Of a DNA stretch of 64,000 bases, positions 25,716 to 38,500 are shown piece after piece. Position 1 is the stretch's first letter. Each line of letters begins with the position of its first letter. This stretch comes from Eledone cirrhosa. Taxonomy: Eukaryota. The position numbers and the translations under genes are program-made. The stretch is from assembly GCA_964016885.1 (NCBI GenBank), contig OZ024746.1:72106001-72170000 (forward strand), read 5' to 3'. Under the pieces are notes generated by a model. It was not told the DNA's origin and did no database searches. It saw only the letters and a list, made by a program, of their open reading frames with translations.

Positions 25716-27532
25716 TTATATGGGAAGATTGTAGTTGTCAAGAGGATTGGTTAAAATTTGTTGTAAACACAAATAAGTCTATCATGGCATTTGGTGGGAG
25801 GTAGGGGTGGCTAAACTTGCCTGTAGAACAATAGGGGCGTGAGTGGAGCGGTCAAGCGTTGAAAGTGATATATATACAGCAGATTCTAAGGATAGTGTGT
25901 GAAGTGGAGGAGGGAGGTTATAGAATAAGTAAATCGAATGAGAGTAGGAGACAATAAAAGATAATAGAAAGAAATAAAAAAAATATAAAATTAGATAGTG
26001 AGAAATGAATAAAAAAAATCAAAATGCTATCTTACAATTACAGGTTAATAAGTTGAGAATAGAAAAAACTTGTAGAAATTGAGTAGTACCAGAACTGATA
26101 CAGAATTAAAGGGGTTTAACACGACTGCTATAAGTAGTTAGTAAAACGTATTCGGCCAATTCTATCTTAAAATTACAGGGGTGGGGGAACTGATGCTACA
26201 GAGGCCCGATGGGCTGCATCGGGGTAGGCGAAGGGGAAAAGCAGTCGATGAAGAAAATGGGGGCTGGAAGGAAGTGATAGGATGAGACAGGGGAAAGAAG
26301 AAAACAAAGAGGAAAAGAAAAGAGATACATCTACCTAAGTAAGCTTGGGTTTACCCTAACGTATTCGGCAAGTAGGGAGGGTATCAACCCTTGTCTACCC
26401 ACTCGGGTCGTTATGGGGTTTGAGGGCGAGGTAAGTCCTACGCAATCTGTGTTTGCATACGGTTACCAGTTCGTCTTTCTTGTTTAGGAGTTGGTCCTTT
26501 GAAAACAGAATTTGTAATGTTTCCGCCGAGCATAAGTTACACGGACGGCGTCCTCCCGTGTAAGAGTTAGCTTTGAACAGTAAGCTCCAAGTGAGATTGT
26601 AGGTTATATTATTATCTTGGAGGTCCCAGATGTGGCCCGAAAGTGTAGTGGCATGTCGCCGGGCCGGGTTTCGGAAAGTATGTCGGTGTTGGTATAGCTG
26701 GGTCTTGAAGTCACCCGCGGTTAATCCTATATAAGCTTTGTTGGAGGTGTCCGTCCTCACGTTGCACTGGTAAATCACGTTAACTTCTCGGCATTTGTTG
26801 TTGAGGGTGCACGTATATCTATCAGGGCAGTTACACCTCCTGGTCGGCTCTCCACTGATGTCTAGGTTATTTCTTCCATAAGGGTTGAGTTTTTTGTTGT
26901 TTGAGGAGACGATGTTTAGTGCGAAGTTAGGTGTGGTGCTGTAGAAGAGTTTGATGGTGTTTTTGTTGATTATGTTGTGGTAGCGGTGTTGTAGTGGGAA
27001 GTGTTTTTAGAGGAGTCTAAAGAAGATTTTCCCGATAGGTGTTGCCACCTGGCATTATGGGGAGGATTGAACCACGTTATCCAGCTTCCCTTAGCGGATC
27101 CAGCAGGCGACACCGCCGCTCACGCAACGTAACGTGGTTCAATCCTCCCCATAATGCCGATCTGGTACTACTCAATTTCTACAAGTTTTTTCTATTCTCA
27201 ACTTATTAACCTGTAATTGTAAGATAGCATTGTGATTTTTTTTATTCATTTTTCACTATCTAATTTTATATTTTTTTATTTCTTTCTATTGTCTTTTATT
27301 GTCTCCTACTCTCATTCGATTTACCTATTCTATAACCTCCCTCCTCCACTTATACACACACTATCCTTAGAATCTGCTGTATACATATCACTTTCAACGC
27401 TTGACCGCTCCACTCACTCCACTACAGGCAAGTTCAGCCACCCCTACCTCCCACCAAATGCCATGATAGACTTATTTGTGTTTACAACAAATTTTAACCA
27501 ATCCTCTTGACAACTACAATCTTCCCATATAA

Positions 27533-27647
27533 GGAAGTACCCCCTTGAAAAGTTCGGCTATTTATTCACCAGGCTAAAAATTCTAATTTAGTCCAGAAAT
27601 AGCCGTCGAAACGGCTTGAGCTCTGCCGCCGGGGTCATACTTTTTCC
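27533..27647 (+). ncRNA. Inverted copy of the U3-A8 hammerhead (triplet mutated GUC->GCC); further 3'-half copy at 27822-27877
   Basis: Reverse complement of 25601-25715. Confidence 0.62.
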
Positions 27648-27954
27648 TATATAAATATATATATATATAAAAATTAGAATTGGTGCTCTGAAATATCGAT
27701 GTATATATGAATGTATATATAGTGTACCTGGCAACACATTGCATGCCCAATTAAAAGCATCTCGAAGACCCCACGCTACCGCTTTAAAGCAGTGACCATG
27801 TCACTTACTTCTTTTTTACAACAGAAATAGCCGTCGAAACGGCTTGAGCTCTGCCGTCGGGATCATACTTTTTCCTATTTTCCACTCTACTACCCTAAGT
27901 ATTGAGTACTCTGGTGCGTTATGGTCCATCTGTTTCCTTACCACAATTTCCTTG

Positions 27955-28000
<46 letters not shown>

Positions 28001-28136
28001 TAGAAGACACTTGTCCAATGTGACAGGCAAAGGAACTGAATCAGAAATTGAATGTTTATGAAGAAGTGAACTCCTCGACCACACAGCCATGCCTGTATCT
28101 TATTTTCTGTAAGCCATTTGTTAGAAGCGAACTCAC

Positions 28137-28192
28137 TACCTTTAAGCTGAAATACATCCTGCTGCGCATTATAATAGGAACCTCAAGTAAAT
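28137..28192 (-). CDS. Host exon 6 (D)LLEVPIIMRSRMYFSLKV, DH CR3 region, phase 1->0
   Basis: tctctatcttgTAG acceptor, GTGAGT donor, 56 nt. Confidence 0.8.
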
Positions 28193-28375
28193 CTACAAGA
28201 TAGAGACAAAAAATTAATAAACGTATATACAACAATAAAAACAATATCTGTAACATCAACAATAACAGCTATAAGAGTTGATAACCATAATTATGTCTAA
28301 CAAGGCCTTGTCTTTCGGCATATAACAAATGAAAGCTTGATTTGTCATTTAAATACAAGAACAACAACTACCACC

Positions 28376-28412
<37 letters not shown>

Positions 28413-28999
28413 TTTCAACAGCAACAACAACAATAATAATAAGGCTATCCTTGCTATAGCGGTTATCCTTGAAGGCTTCATTACATGTTTAAAACTCCTC
28501 GTGACGTCCTTTTACAGATGGGGCTTCTTCCTGGCACCAGCCTTGTAGTAGTCGCTTACGAAATGCAGTGATACGGCATACCTATTTTAAACAAGATACA
28601 CACACTATGCCATACAGTGTAGATCTTGATTAAAGTGTTTTAAAACCATCATCCTACTAAAGAAGTATTTGAGCCTCATTACAGGCTTTATACCCATCAT
28701 GGATTCTTTTTCAAGGTAATATTTTATAACTGGAGGTAATAAATGATAAAATGAAGCTATTCTAAACTAAATACACAAAGCAATTATAGATCATTTATAC
28801 AAGCAGCATTAACATTTAAAATTAGACTAGGTCAAATGCAAATTTAAGAGAAGGTGAGCTCAGATTATCTGAAACAATGCAAAAGATCGGTTACTGAGTT
28901 ATCCTTGATGGCTGCACAGAACTGCATTATCCAAATTCGGGCATTGTATCTATGATAGGAATTATTGTTATTAAAAATCATTATTATTTTTTCAATGGA

Positions 29000-29375
29000 T
29001 CGGCTGTATCGGTAGAGCGGCAGATAGTATGCTTCACAGCATAGAGTTACGGCCCTTTATGCTCTGATTTCAAATCCCGCCGAGGTTAACTTTGCCTTTC
29101 ATCCTTACGCAATAGATAAAATAAGGTACAAGTAACGCACTGGGGTCGATTTAATCGACTTTCCTCCCCAAAAAAATTGTTGGTCTTGTGTCTAAATCAG
29201 AAACCAGCAGTATCGGTAGAGGTCGGACACCATGCTTTGACGCATAGAGTTACGGCCCTTGCCATTCTGAGTTCAAATCGCTCGGAGGTTAACTTTGCCT
29301 TTCATCCTTACGGGGTCGATAAAATAAAGTACCAGTAATGCACTGGATAATTGCTGGCCTTGTGCCAAAAGTAGA
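29000..29375 (+). mobile_element. Two tandem tRNA-derived SINEs (MetaSINE-like central block)
   Basis: A box TCGGTAGAG, B box GAGTTCAAATC, then TTTGCCTTTCATCCTT..GGGGTCGATAAAATAAAGTACCA. Confidence 0.8.
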
Positions 29376-29525
29376 AAAAATTATTATGAAAAATCATTTT
29401 TTTAAAAACATCATTATGTAAAATCATTATGATTATATGCCATTATGATTTAAAACCCATAATTGTTAAAACGTAACAAAAAATTTTTTTATACAACAGA
29501 TAATACAATTCGTCAGGTGACTTAC

Positions 29526-29556
29526 CTGCAAAAGTTTGCTTTATTTCCGGCAATTC
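29526..29556 (-). CDS. Host exon 5 (31-nt microexon) ELPEIKQTFA, phase 0->1
   Basis: tttacttcTAG acceptor, AG|GTAAGT donor; required to bridge the phases of exons 4 and 6. Confidence 0.82.
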
Positions 29557-29646
29557 CTAGAAGTAAACAGCAAAGCAAAATGAAAAATAGTAATGAGTGT
29601 GTCTGTGTTTGTGTTTCCTTGTGTGTGTGGGGTGCGCGCAGGTGTG

Positions 29647-29741
<95 letters not shown>

Positions 29742-29892
29742 AGGTGGGTAGGTAGATAGGTGTGTATGTGGGTAGGTAGACAAGTGGGTAGGTAGGTATG
29801 TATGTAGATGGGTATGGAGGTAGATAGGTAGTTAGATAGATATTAATTAATACTGGGTTGTAGATTTACAAATATTCTAACTGAAATCTTAC

Positions 29893-30003
29893 CGTTTTGA
29901 CGATGTCATTAAATATGGTGACACCTCCATTGGCTTCCAAAATCTCTCCTGCTCTAGGTTTGTTTTCTGCATAACTGTTTAACAGAGAGAAGTGGTCTTT
30001 GAT
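29893..30003 (-). CDS. Host exon 4 IKDHFSLLNSYAENKPRAGEILEANGGVTIFNDIVKT (DH), phase 0->0
   Basis: Long polypyrimidine tract + CAG acceptor, GTAAGA donor, 111 nt; Y..N...A DH motif. Confidence 0.87.
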
Positions 30004-30674
30004 CTGGAGTTGAAACAAAATAACAGAAAATAGTAAAAAGCATATCATATAATGTCCCCCTCTTTCTAAAATGCTTTCTCATTATATTATGTTATCTAAA
30101 CTATAATAAAGAAGCGCGGGACTGCGTACGGTTTATAATTTGTTATCCCATTAGTAAATTAAGTTGGATTACTTTGAATAAATAATGAATGAATATTACA
30201 TAATTTATCTACTAAATTTCGTGGCTGTTCATTAAATATATTTTATTATTTATTTAAAGATTCACTCTTTAAAACTTTCGAATGTCAACACTTTCGGTGG
30301 CGATCGTTTAAATAAATATTCATATATTTCTGTCACTAATTTTCTCCTAATGCAGTTTATATATAATATCATGGGTTACGTTACTGTTTACATAAGACAG
30401 TGTAACACAGTCTTCGTCAATTTCTGTGTATATTGTCAATTACGATTTTTTTTTGCGTATAATATCAATATACACACTACACAGGCTAGCAGATTCTGCT
30501 AGTATATATAAAGCACCAGTAACGTACTGGAGTTGATTTAATCGACTTTCCCCTCTCCTGGCCTTGTTCTATAGTAGAAATTATTATATTATACATATAT
30601 ATTAAATGCTTTTTCATTATATATATATATATACATACATATATGTAATCTGAGTTTTTCGAATATTAATAATT

Positions 30675-30860
30675 GTTTCTACTTTTGGCACAAGGCCAGC
30701 AATTACCCAGTGTATTACTGGTACTTTATTTTATCGACCCCGTAAGGATGAAAGGTAAAGTTAACCTCAGCGGGATTTGAACTCAGAATGGAAAGGGCCG
30801 TAACTCTTTGCGTCCAAGCATGGCGTCCGACCCTCTACCGATACTGCCAATCCACCGCCT
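30675..30860 (-). mobile_element. tRNA-derived SINE
   Basis: Same family as 20490-20670 and 29208-29375. Confidence 0.8.
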
Positions 30861-30904
30861 TATTAATATATATATATTATTGTATATATATATATATATA
30901 TATA

Positions 30905-31337
30905 TATTGTTATACTTGGGGGAGGGGGGGTCATATTGTTATAATTTGTAATAATATTCGATTCGTTTTCAATTATGCAAACAAAAGCCATGTCAGTAGA
31001 ATGAGCCCCTCATTCTTGCTGTTGTGTTGGCATGTAAACAGTTCTAAATAAATTAATTAATTAAATAAAAATGGCTTAGACATTACAATACAATAGGAAG
31101 ACACATAATAGTACCACTGATGATGTTGCAGAGTTGCGACGAAAGAACTTTGATAGACTATATATGTATATTTATATCTGTATTTTTAACCGCTGGTCAA
31201 TCAATGATAAACATTGATTTCCAAAAAAAATAACTATGGAGATATAAAAAATACAGAAGCAAAAACCAACCAAACAGTGAGTATGTTCTGTTATTATTTT
31301 TGGCAAAATTATAACAATATGACCCTCCCCAAGTATA

Positions 31338-31342
<5 letters not shown>
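30905..31342 (+). mobile_element. Non-coding PLE pLTR-like element with about 40 bp inverted ends in (TA)n
   Basis: Terminal motif ATGACCCTCCCCAAGTATAA shared with the PLE end at about 18790; internal hammerhead. Confidence 0.7.
31109..31160 (+). ncRNA. Minimal type I hammerhead, homologous in architecture to 18956-19000
   Basis: CUGAUGA-u-GUUGCA gagu UGCGAC-GAAA-GAAC-UU; stem I weak (CA/UG + UAGU/ACUA). Confidence 0.65.
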
Positions 31343-31385
<43 letters not shown>

Positions 31386-31584
31386 TTTCCATTCAGGCGT
31401 GTCACTCACCTTAATTCTGTCACTCACCTTAATTCTGTCGCCAGAATTACTGCTACATGGGCGAGGGGTTATGATCTGCCTTGCCAGTCCCTAGCTTACC
31501 CGTCGCCCGACACATACACACCCACACATACGTGTGCTCATACATAGACAGACAATCAGAGCTCCTGATCACACACTTTTCTGT

Positions 31585-31660
<76 letters not shown>

Positions 31661-31769
31661 CGCGCGTACGCTCACGCGTTTGTACACACACGAACACATG
31701 CATATATTCCTATATAGGTACATGCATACACAGATATACGCACACTTGTACATATACACGGATCCACAG

Positions 31770-31815
<46 letters not shown>

Positions 31816-31839
31816 ATACACACACACACACACACATGT

Positions 31840-31905
<66 letters not shown>

Positions 31906-32390
31906 TACACACCCATATATACGTACTCACACACACACACACACACACATACATATACCCGTGCGTACATATGCACGCAACCAAGCCTACTCTTGTACAC
32001 ACATATATACATATATGTATCTATACACACACACACACACATATGCACCCGTATGTACGCATGCACAGACACACGGACATAGGCCCACGCGCACACACAT
32101 AAATAAATACAGACACCCCAGATGTGCGTGTGTGTGTGTGTGTATGCATGACCCTGTGGGCACTCTTGTACACATAGCATTATATACGCATATAGACACA
32201 CCCATATACACCTTGAGTAGGCCGGTTTAGGGTGTTAACCTGAGATACTCCACGTATAAAACAAATATAAACAAAATACATACATATGAAAAGAAACTCT
32301 ACAAAACTACTTGGAAAGTACGTAGAAACATGCATATAAGGCTGTACATCAGAGAATACACAAAGAAAATCTACGTGAAGAAATGCGTAA

Positions 32391-32830
32391 AACAGGGACA
32401 TCAAACTGATACTAAGACAGATGTAGGCACACGGGGACACTAGACCACATAGTACACGCAGACAGAATCTCAACACAAACACCAAACGTGACGAGGGAAC
32501 AACAGGGACATCAAACTGATACTAAGACAGATGTAGGCACACGGGGACACTAGACCACATAGTACACGCAGACAGAATCTCAACACAAACAGCAAACGTG
32601 ACGAGGGAACAACAGGGACATCAAACTGATACTAAGACAGATGTGGGCACACGGGGACACTAGACCACATAGTACACGCAGACAGAATCTCAACACAAAC
32701 ACCAAACGTGACGAGGGAACAACAGGGACATCAAACTGATACTAAGACAGATGTGGGCACACGGGGACACTAGACCACATAGTACACGCAGACAGAATCT
32801 CAACACAAACACCAAACGTGACGAGGGAAC
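32391..32830 (+). repeat. Minisatellite, 4 x 110 bp
   Basis: AACAGGGACATCAAACTG.. recurs at 32391, 32501, 32611 and 32721. Confidence 0.95.
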
Positions 32831-33315
32831 TAGAGCTAGTGACAGAGTAAAGGCAGCACAGAACGTGGAACCAGAGAGAAGGAATACCTGGATCAATAGC
32901 ACAGGCATAGCTCGACAGTAACACCAGATAACAATAGTGGGATTACCCATAGTGCCGACACACTAGAACAGAATATTTTAGTAAACGAATGGTGTAACCC
33001 GGACACACATGGTAAAAATAGCGGTGGCATAGGGGATGAACTAACGAGTAGGCACAACCCGGGAGGGAAACCTGTCCCTGCACACACTACTACACACAGG
33101 ATATTCAACCGCCTTGTTCTCCTTCTCCACCGCACCTAACATGGCAGATTATATGACCCAAACCAATACAGTGAAATTGGGGACATTCGACCGCCAACTA
33201 CTGCAGGCGACAGATGCGCCTGGGGGGCGAGGGTACCACATGAAGGTAGGGGTACCAACTAGGGGCCGGGTCCCACGGTAGCCGATCTATCCGCGGAAGA
33301 CACAGTACTCGACAA

Positions 33316-33396
33316 CGTTTCGACAGCTAGATCCGAACAGTTCGGATCTAGCCGTCGAAACGGCAGGAGCTCAGCCGTCGGGGTCCTGACTCTTTT

Positions 33397-33400
<4 letters not shown>
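33316..33400 (+). mobile_element. PLE 3'-end remnant: fold-back hairpin plus the 3' half of the Naiad-type hammerhead
   Basis: AGCCGTC-GAAA-CGGC..GCCG-TC-GGGGTC..TTTTCC-(TA)n, similar to 27600-27650. Confidence 0.7.
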
Positions 33401-33442
<42 letters not shown>

Positions 33443-33445
<3 letters not shown>

Positions 33446-33864
33446 AGGGAGTGTAACGGGAAGTTACTGTAGGTTCACCCAGGTGAGCACTCAAGGTTTA
33501 GTTTCACGTCAGTGGCCAGGTGTAGAGCTAAACAGAGAGTAATATAATAATACAAGGATGATTTGTTAAGCCTTCATTACGTTTATTGATTGGTGATGCG
33601 CGTTTCGCTATTGATTACTGAAGGTTCGATCTGTATCGATCTGGCTCGACTCTGGAATCAAAATCTCGTCGATACAGATCGAACCTTTAGCTGATCAATA
33701 GCGAAAAGCGCGTCACCAAACAATAAACGAAACAAGGCTTAACAAATCGTCCTTGTATTATTATATTACACTCTGTTTAGCTCTACACCTGGCCACTGAC
33801 GTGAACCTAAACATTGAATGCCCCCCTGGGTTAACCTACATTAAATTCACGTTACACCCCCTGG

Positions 33865-33865
<1 letters not shown>
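33443..33865. mobile_element. 423-bp imperfect palindrome (197-bp arms, 29-nt spacer) in (TA)n; PLE-derived fold-back or MITE
   Basis: Arms 33443-33639 / 33669-33865; each carries a GAAA-(C/A)GCGC(G/A)-TC motif. Confidence 0.85.
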
Positions 33866-33926
<61 letters not shown>

Positions 33927-33928
<2 letters not shown>

Positions 33929-34670
33929 CCGTTTGTATGGTGCATGTATACGATCGGCGATATTACATGGTAGTGAGACTTGGACATTGTGTGCTGAAGA
34001 CCTGCGTAGATTAGAAAGAAATGAAGCTTGCATGCTCCAATGGAAGTGTAATAGTAATGTGCGCGAAAGGCAAAGCATAAACAAATTAAGAGGAAGACTA
34101 AGCATCCTGTGTTCTGGAGAGGAAATTGCGTTGGGATGGATATGTGATGCGTATGAAGGACCACAGCTGTATAAAAAAGTGCAAGGCAATGAAAATTGAT
34201 GGAAGCTGCGGAGTGGATAGACTAAGCAAAACCTGGGACGAGGTAATAAAAACTGACCTTGCTCACCTATACCTCTCTAAAACAATGACACTGGATCGAG
34301 ACCTTTGGCGCCATGCAGTTGTACAGAAGACCGGACTGCCATTGCATACAAACCTACAGTCAGTAGGCACCTCTTAACCCAATGTACACACCCAACACCA
34401 TCCTCCCTCTCCCGTCCCGTCCACTGTGTCGATGACACAACAGTCCACACTGTAAGGTGACCGTGTAGGAGACACGGTGAAAAGGCTCCCAGTTCACACT
34501 GTAAATGTGGTTGGTGTTAGGAAAGGGACCGAGCTGTAAAAGAACCTGCCAGAGACGCTTCGGTGCGAACGAGACATGGTCTCCCGACCATTCCCGCATC
34601 AAATGGAACAAAACCATCTAACTCGTGCTAGCGTGTAAGATGGACATTAAACGATGATGATGGGGATGGT
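33927..34670 (+). mobile_element. RTE-clade LINE 3' remnant with 3' tail
   Basis: RLYGACIRSAILHGSETWTL..RLER, RWDGYVMRM..KTWDEVIK. Confidence 0.8.
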
Positions 34671-34860
34671 GATGATATAGGGTATAGATCGAAGTTGTAG
34701 CTGCCATACAGCAGGAACTATTGAAGTTGTTTAAGGCAATCACAAAGCATTCAATGGAGCGAGAAGTTAATACATTACTGTCCAGAGTAAACACAACAGC
34801 TAAAAAGTGTGACATCAAGAAAAACGACCGAAGGCGGTGGTCATACATATACCACAACAA

Positions 34861-34914
<54 letters not shown>

Positions 34915-34961
34915 ATGAAATCGAAAAGTCTTTTTTTTTTTTTAATATATATATTTATTTT

Positions 34962-35010
34962 GTTCCTTTACCGGTTTCGCAGTTCTTCTGCTTATCAAAA
35001 GTAAAGGAAC
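34962..35010 (-). ncRNA. Minimal type I hammerhead, U3-A8 variant, palindromic CCGG stem III
   Basis: CUU-UUGAUAA-GCAG aagaa CUGC-GAAA-CCGG-UA-AAG, with stem I extended by GUUC/GAAC. Confidence 0.8.
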
Positions 35011-35137
35011 CAAATAAATATATATATTTTTTTTTTAAATAAGACTCCAGTTGCATTTTCGATTTCATCTTTTTTTCTTTATACTTTCACTCGTGTAGGA
35101 CACCTCGGTTATTTTTCATTTTGTAAAAAAACCTCAC

Positions 35138-35228
<91 letters not shown>

Positions 35229-35575
35229 TAGATAGATAGATTTCTTTATTAGCCACAAGGGCGCAACAAGAAAGGGGACAATACAAAGACATGTAGATAG
35301 ATAGATAAATAGATAGATAGATGAATAGATAGATAGATAGATTTCTTTATTAGCCACAAGGGCGCAACAAGAAAGGGGACAATACAAAGACATGCCGGGG
35401 ATTTTACATACAGTCGTGTAAAAAATATAAAAACAAACAATTTCAACAATCGAAATCCCCAATAGGGGGGAGGCGCCACAAATGGGTTGTTTAATACCCC
35501 GTCGATAGAACAACCCTCAACTCGAGGAGCGTGTTGTGCAAGTGCTCCTTTCTTCCTTTTGCTCTCTTCCTCAAC

Positions 35576-38500
35576 CTACAGGCTTATAAACAGAGAAGGC
35601 CCAATCACTCGGGCCATTTTCGCTTCATTCACCCACCTTTCAGTAAATTTACTGGGGTGCAGTGCCTCTCTCTCCACCCTGATTCTCCTTCTAAAGTGAT
35701 ACTTAAAGAAGGGAATCAATTGTTGTCCGGAGAGAAAGGCATCTGTCCTCAGTCCTCTCAACCTCGTCCACCATATAACTTCTTTCACCATAGCCACCGT
35801 ACAGAGGAAAACCGCCTCTCTTTCGTTTTTGAAAGAGTCTGGCGGTTTGATCCTTACTATGGACTCGGCAGTCAACTGTATTTGTCCCATACGCGACAGC
35901 AGTTGTTCTGCATAGTTCCACAGGTCGGTTACGCCCGGGCAGTGTACAATTGCGTGCAGAACTGTTTCAATGTCCTGCGCACATCTTGGACACGTCCTCT
36001 TGGAAGGATCCCTGCCAGGGCGTCCGTGCCTGTAGATCTTGTCACGAACCGGTAGAGCTCCTCGGTAGCACTGCCAGGCCAGGGACCTCTGGAAGTTGTC
36101 CATAAGTCCCGGGCGGAAAGTCCTACCAAACAGACTGGTGAGCTCATCGTCTTCGACGCCCAGAGTCTCTCCGAGCACATCGTCGCCCTTGTAACGTACA
36201 ATCCCTCTATAGAATGTCGAAGTGGAGTCTCCACTGATTGCTGCGCCCGCTTGCCAGAGGACTGTGAGCGCCTGAGCGCATTCAATGTGCCAGGCGCCCA
36301 TCGTTTTCGGTCTTTTCTTCACCCAGGACTGCAGCTCCGTTAGCGAGACGAGCTGTGGGAAAGCCTGTCTCACAAACGGTGCCCACACCGGTTGGGGGTC
36401 GGTGAGGAATACCTGGAGATGCCGCAGCCTCAGCGCATGTTTGCGCATCATCAGCCACGGCATTCCCAGCCCTCCGTTGGAAGGGTGCTGACAGCAGACG
36501 GATCTCCTCACCAGCGGAGCCTGCTTCTTCCACAGAAACTGGAAGAGCATGCGTTCCATCTTGGCGAGGTGTTCACGGGGACAAGGCACGACAGTCAAGC
36601 GGTAGTAGATGACGGACGCTATGAAAGTGTTCGCCACCTCGGCTCGACCTTTCAAGGACAGTTTGCACTCTGCCCACTTCTGAGTGAGTGCAAACACCTT
36701 GGCTGTGACCTCGTTCCAGTTTTTCTCCACCTGGAGGTCTGGACCGAACCAGACCCCGAGCAATTTCACCGGTCCGTCCGTCCAGCGTCCAACGACGCTG
36801 TCGGATGTCATCGGTTTGCCTCTCCACGTACCGAGTTGCAAACCGACAGACTTGTCTGGGTTTAGTTTTGATCCCGTCAGCGTTTCGTATTCTTTCAGTA
36901 TGTTGCCGATCACCCCGATTTCCGAGGTGCTCGACACCATTACTGTCACGTCGACGGCATAAGCCGACGCCGCTTTGCGCAGTCCCGGTTCTAGGGGGAT
37001 GCCCTGCAACAGCTCCAATTTCCGCAGTAGTGGCTCTAGAGTCAATACATACAGAATGGAGGAGAGAGGGCATCCCTGTCGAATGGAACGCGTGATTGCG
37101 AACGGCTCCGATAGGTAGCGGTTCACCTAGACCCTCGAGCAGATGCTGGTGTGCATCGCCTCGATCCATCCTCTGAACACGGGACCGAAACCGGCCGCCT
37201 TGAGAACCGCTTCCAAGTATAGTTGATCAGAGCCCCACCGAAGCCGGGTTTACTACCCACCCTCTCTATGATGTATCGCATGAGGTGGAGGTTGTCGTGT
37301 ATGGACCTGGTCGGGATTGCACACGTTTGCGCTTTCCCTTCCAGGTTCTCGACGACAAGCGCCAACCTCATCGCTAGCACCTTGGCCAAAATCTTTAACT
37401 CTGTGTTGAGCAGAGTTATGGGCCTGAAGTTGTTAATTTCGTCCCCCTTGTTCTCGTCTTTCCTGATCAGCGTTACTACGCCCTTGCCTGCAGAACTGGG
37501 AATTCTCCCGTTCTGCTGCCAATTGCAGTAGACGGCTTCGAGGACGCCAGAGAACAAGTCCGGCATGCCTATGTAAAATTCGTAGGGTAGACCATCTAGA
37601 CCGGGTGACTTGCGTTTCCCACAGCGGCCCAGAGCGTCCCGTATCTCAGTGTCCGTGATCGGTCTTTCGCAGAACTCGGCGTCCGTGTTCGAGAGACGCG
37701 GCAGGCCGTCGAGGTATGAACTAAAGTCCATTGCCCCGTTCGGCTCACCGTCGTTCTGCTCAAACAGTCGCGCAAAGTGCCGCTGAAAGGCCGCGCACAT
37801 TTGCTTGGGGTCAAGTAGCACGCGTCCGTTTTGGTCTTTCAAAGACCGAATCGTGGGCTTGTTGCCACTTTTTGCCTCCACCACTCGGGCCCAGCTGACA
37901 GCTTTCGCTCCTTCGTTTCCTAGGGCACGTGTTTTGCTTCTGACCACGCAGCCTTCGTGTTTCGCATCGAAGAACTGGTCCAGCGCCGTTCTCGACGCTA
38001 ACACTCTAGCCGCGTTGCCACTTCTAAGTGCCTCCTCTACCTTGGCTATTATACCTCTTTCTATTCTGTTTTTCTCTAAGGGTAACTCTCTGCTATACCC
38101 TATCGATTCTATTCTAATTGCTTTCTTGAGAGAGTACCACCATCTATTGTTGAAGATGGCTCCCGTTAACTGTTGCTTGACTAGTCTACTTATCCGTTCA
38201 CTGTAAGCTTTACGTTCCGGCAACGACACGTTCAGCTTCCAGTATCCGGGACCCTGTCTATGTATTCTATCACGGTTGACTAAGCAGACGACTAACTTGT
38301 GATCTGAATAGGCAACCATGTGCATTCGTGGACAGCTTAACATCTCCTTGTCCCTTTCTCTAATGAAGAACCTATCTAAATACGATCTAGATGTCCCACT
38401 GCGGTTTATCCACGTCCACTGTGGTGCAGTCGGGAAATCCAGTCGATACCTATCGGCCAGTTGGAATTGGCCGATTAAAGTTTTGAGGCTGTTGCACCCC

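Larger units (their letters stand above)
25596..27880 (-). mobile_element. 5'-truncated Naiad-type Penelope-like element (coding about 27085->26395) with long inverted pLTR
   Basis: WFNPP..HFP..NKNTIK..CNC..C..IYQC..YIGLT..FK..TTLS.HIW..CNLC..LNKKDE..CKH; inverted repeat 25433-26093 / 27161-27816. Confidence 0.9.

Noticed and set aside
29208-29290. tRNA gene
   Set aside because: A and B boxes are present but there is no cloverleaf, and it continues into a multi-copy SINE body
31453-32230. Numerous ORFs rich in YI/CV/HT (also poly-K/E/S and poly-V ORFs at 1223-1499, 21087-21342, 22647-23115)
   Set aside because: Translations of microsatellites, not genes
32391-32830. CRISPR-like array
   Set aside because: Units are contiguous tandem copies with no unique spacers; eukaryotic context, no cas genes
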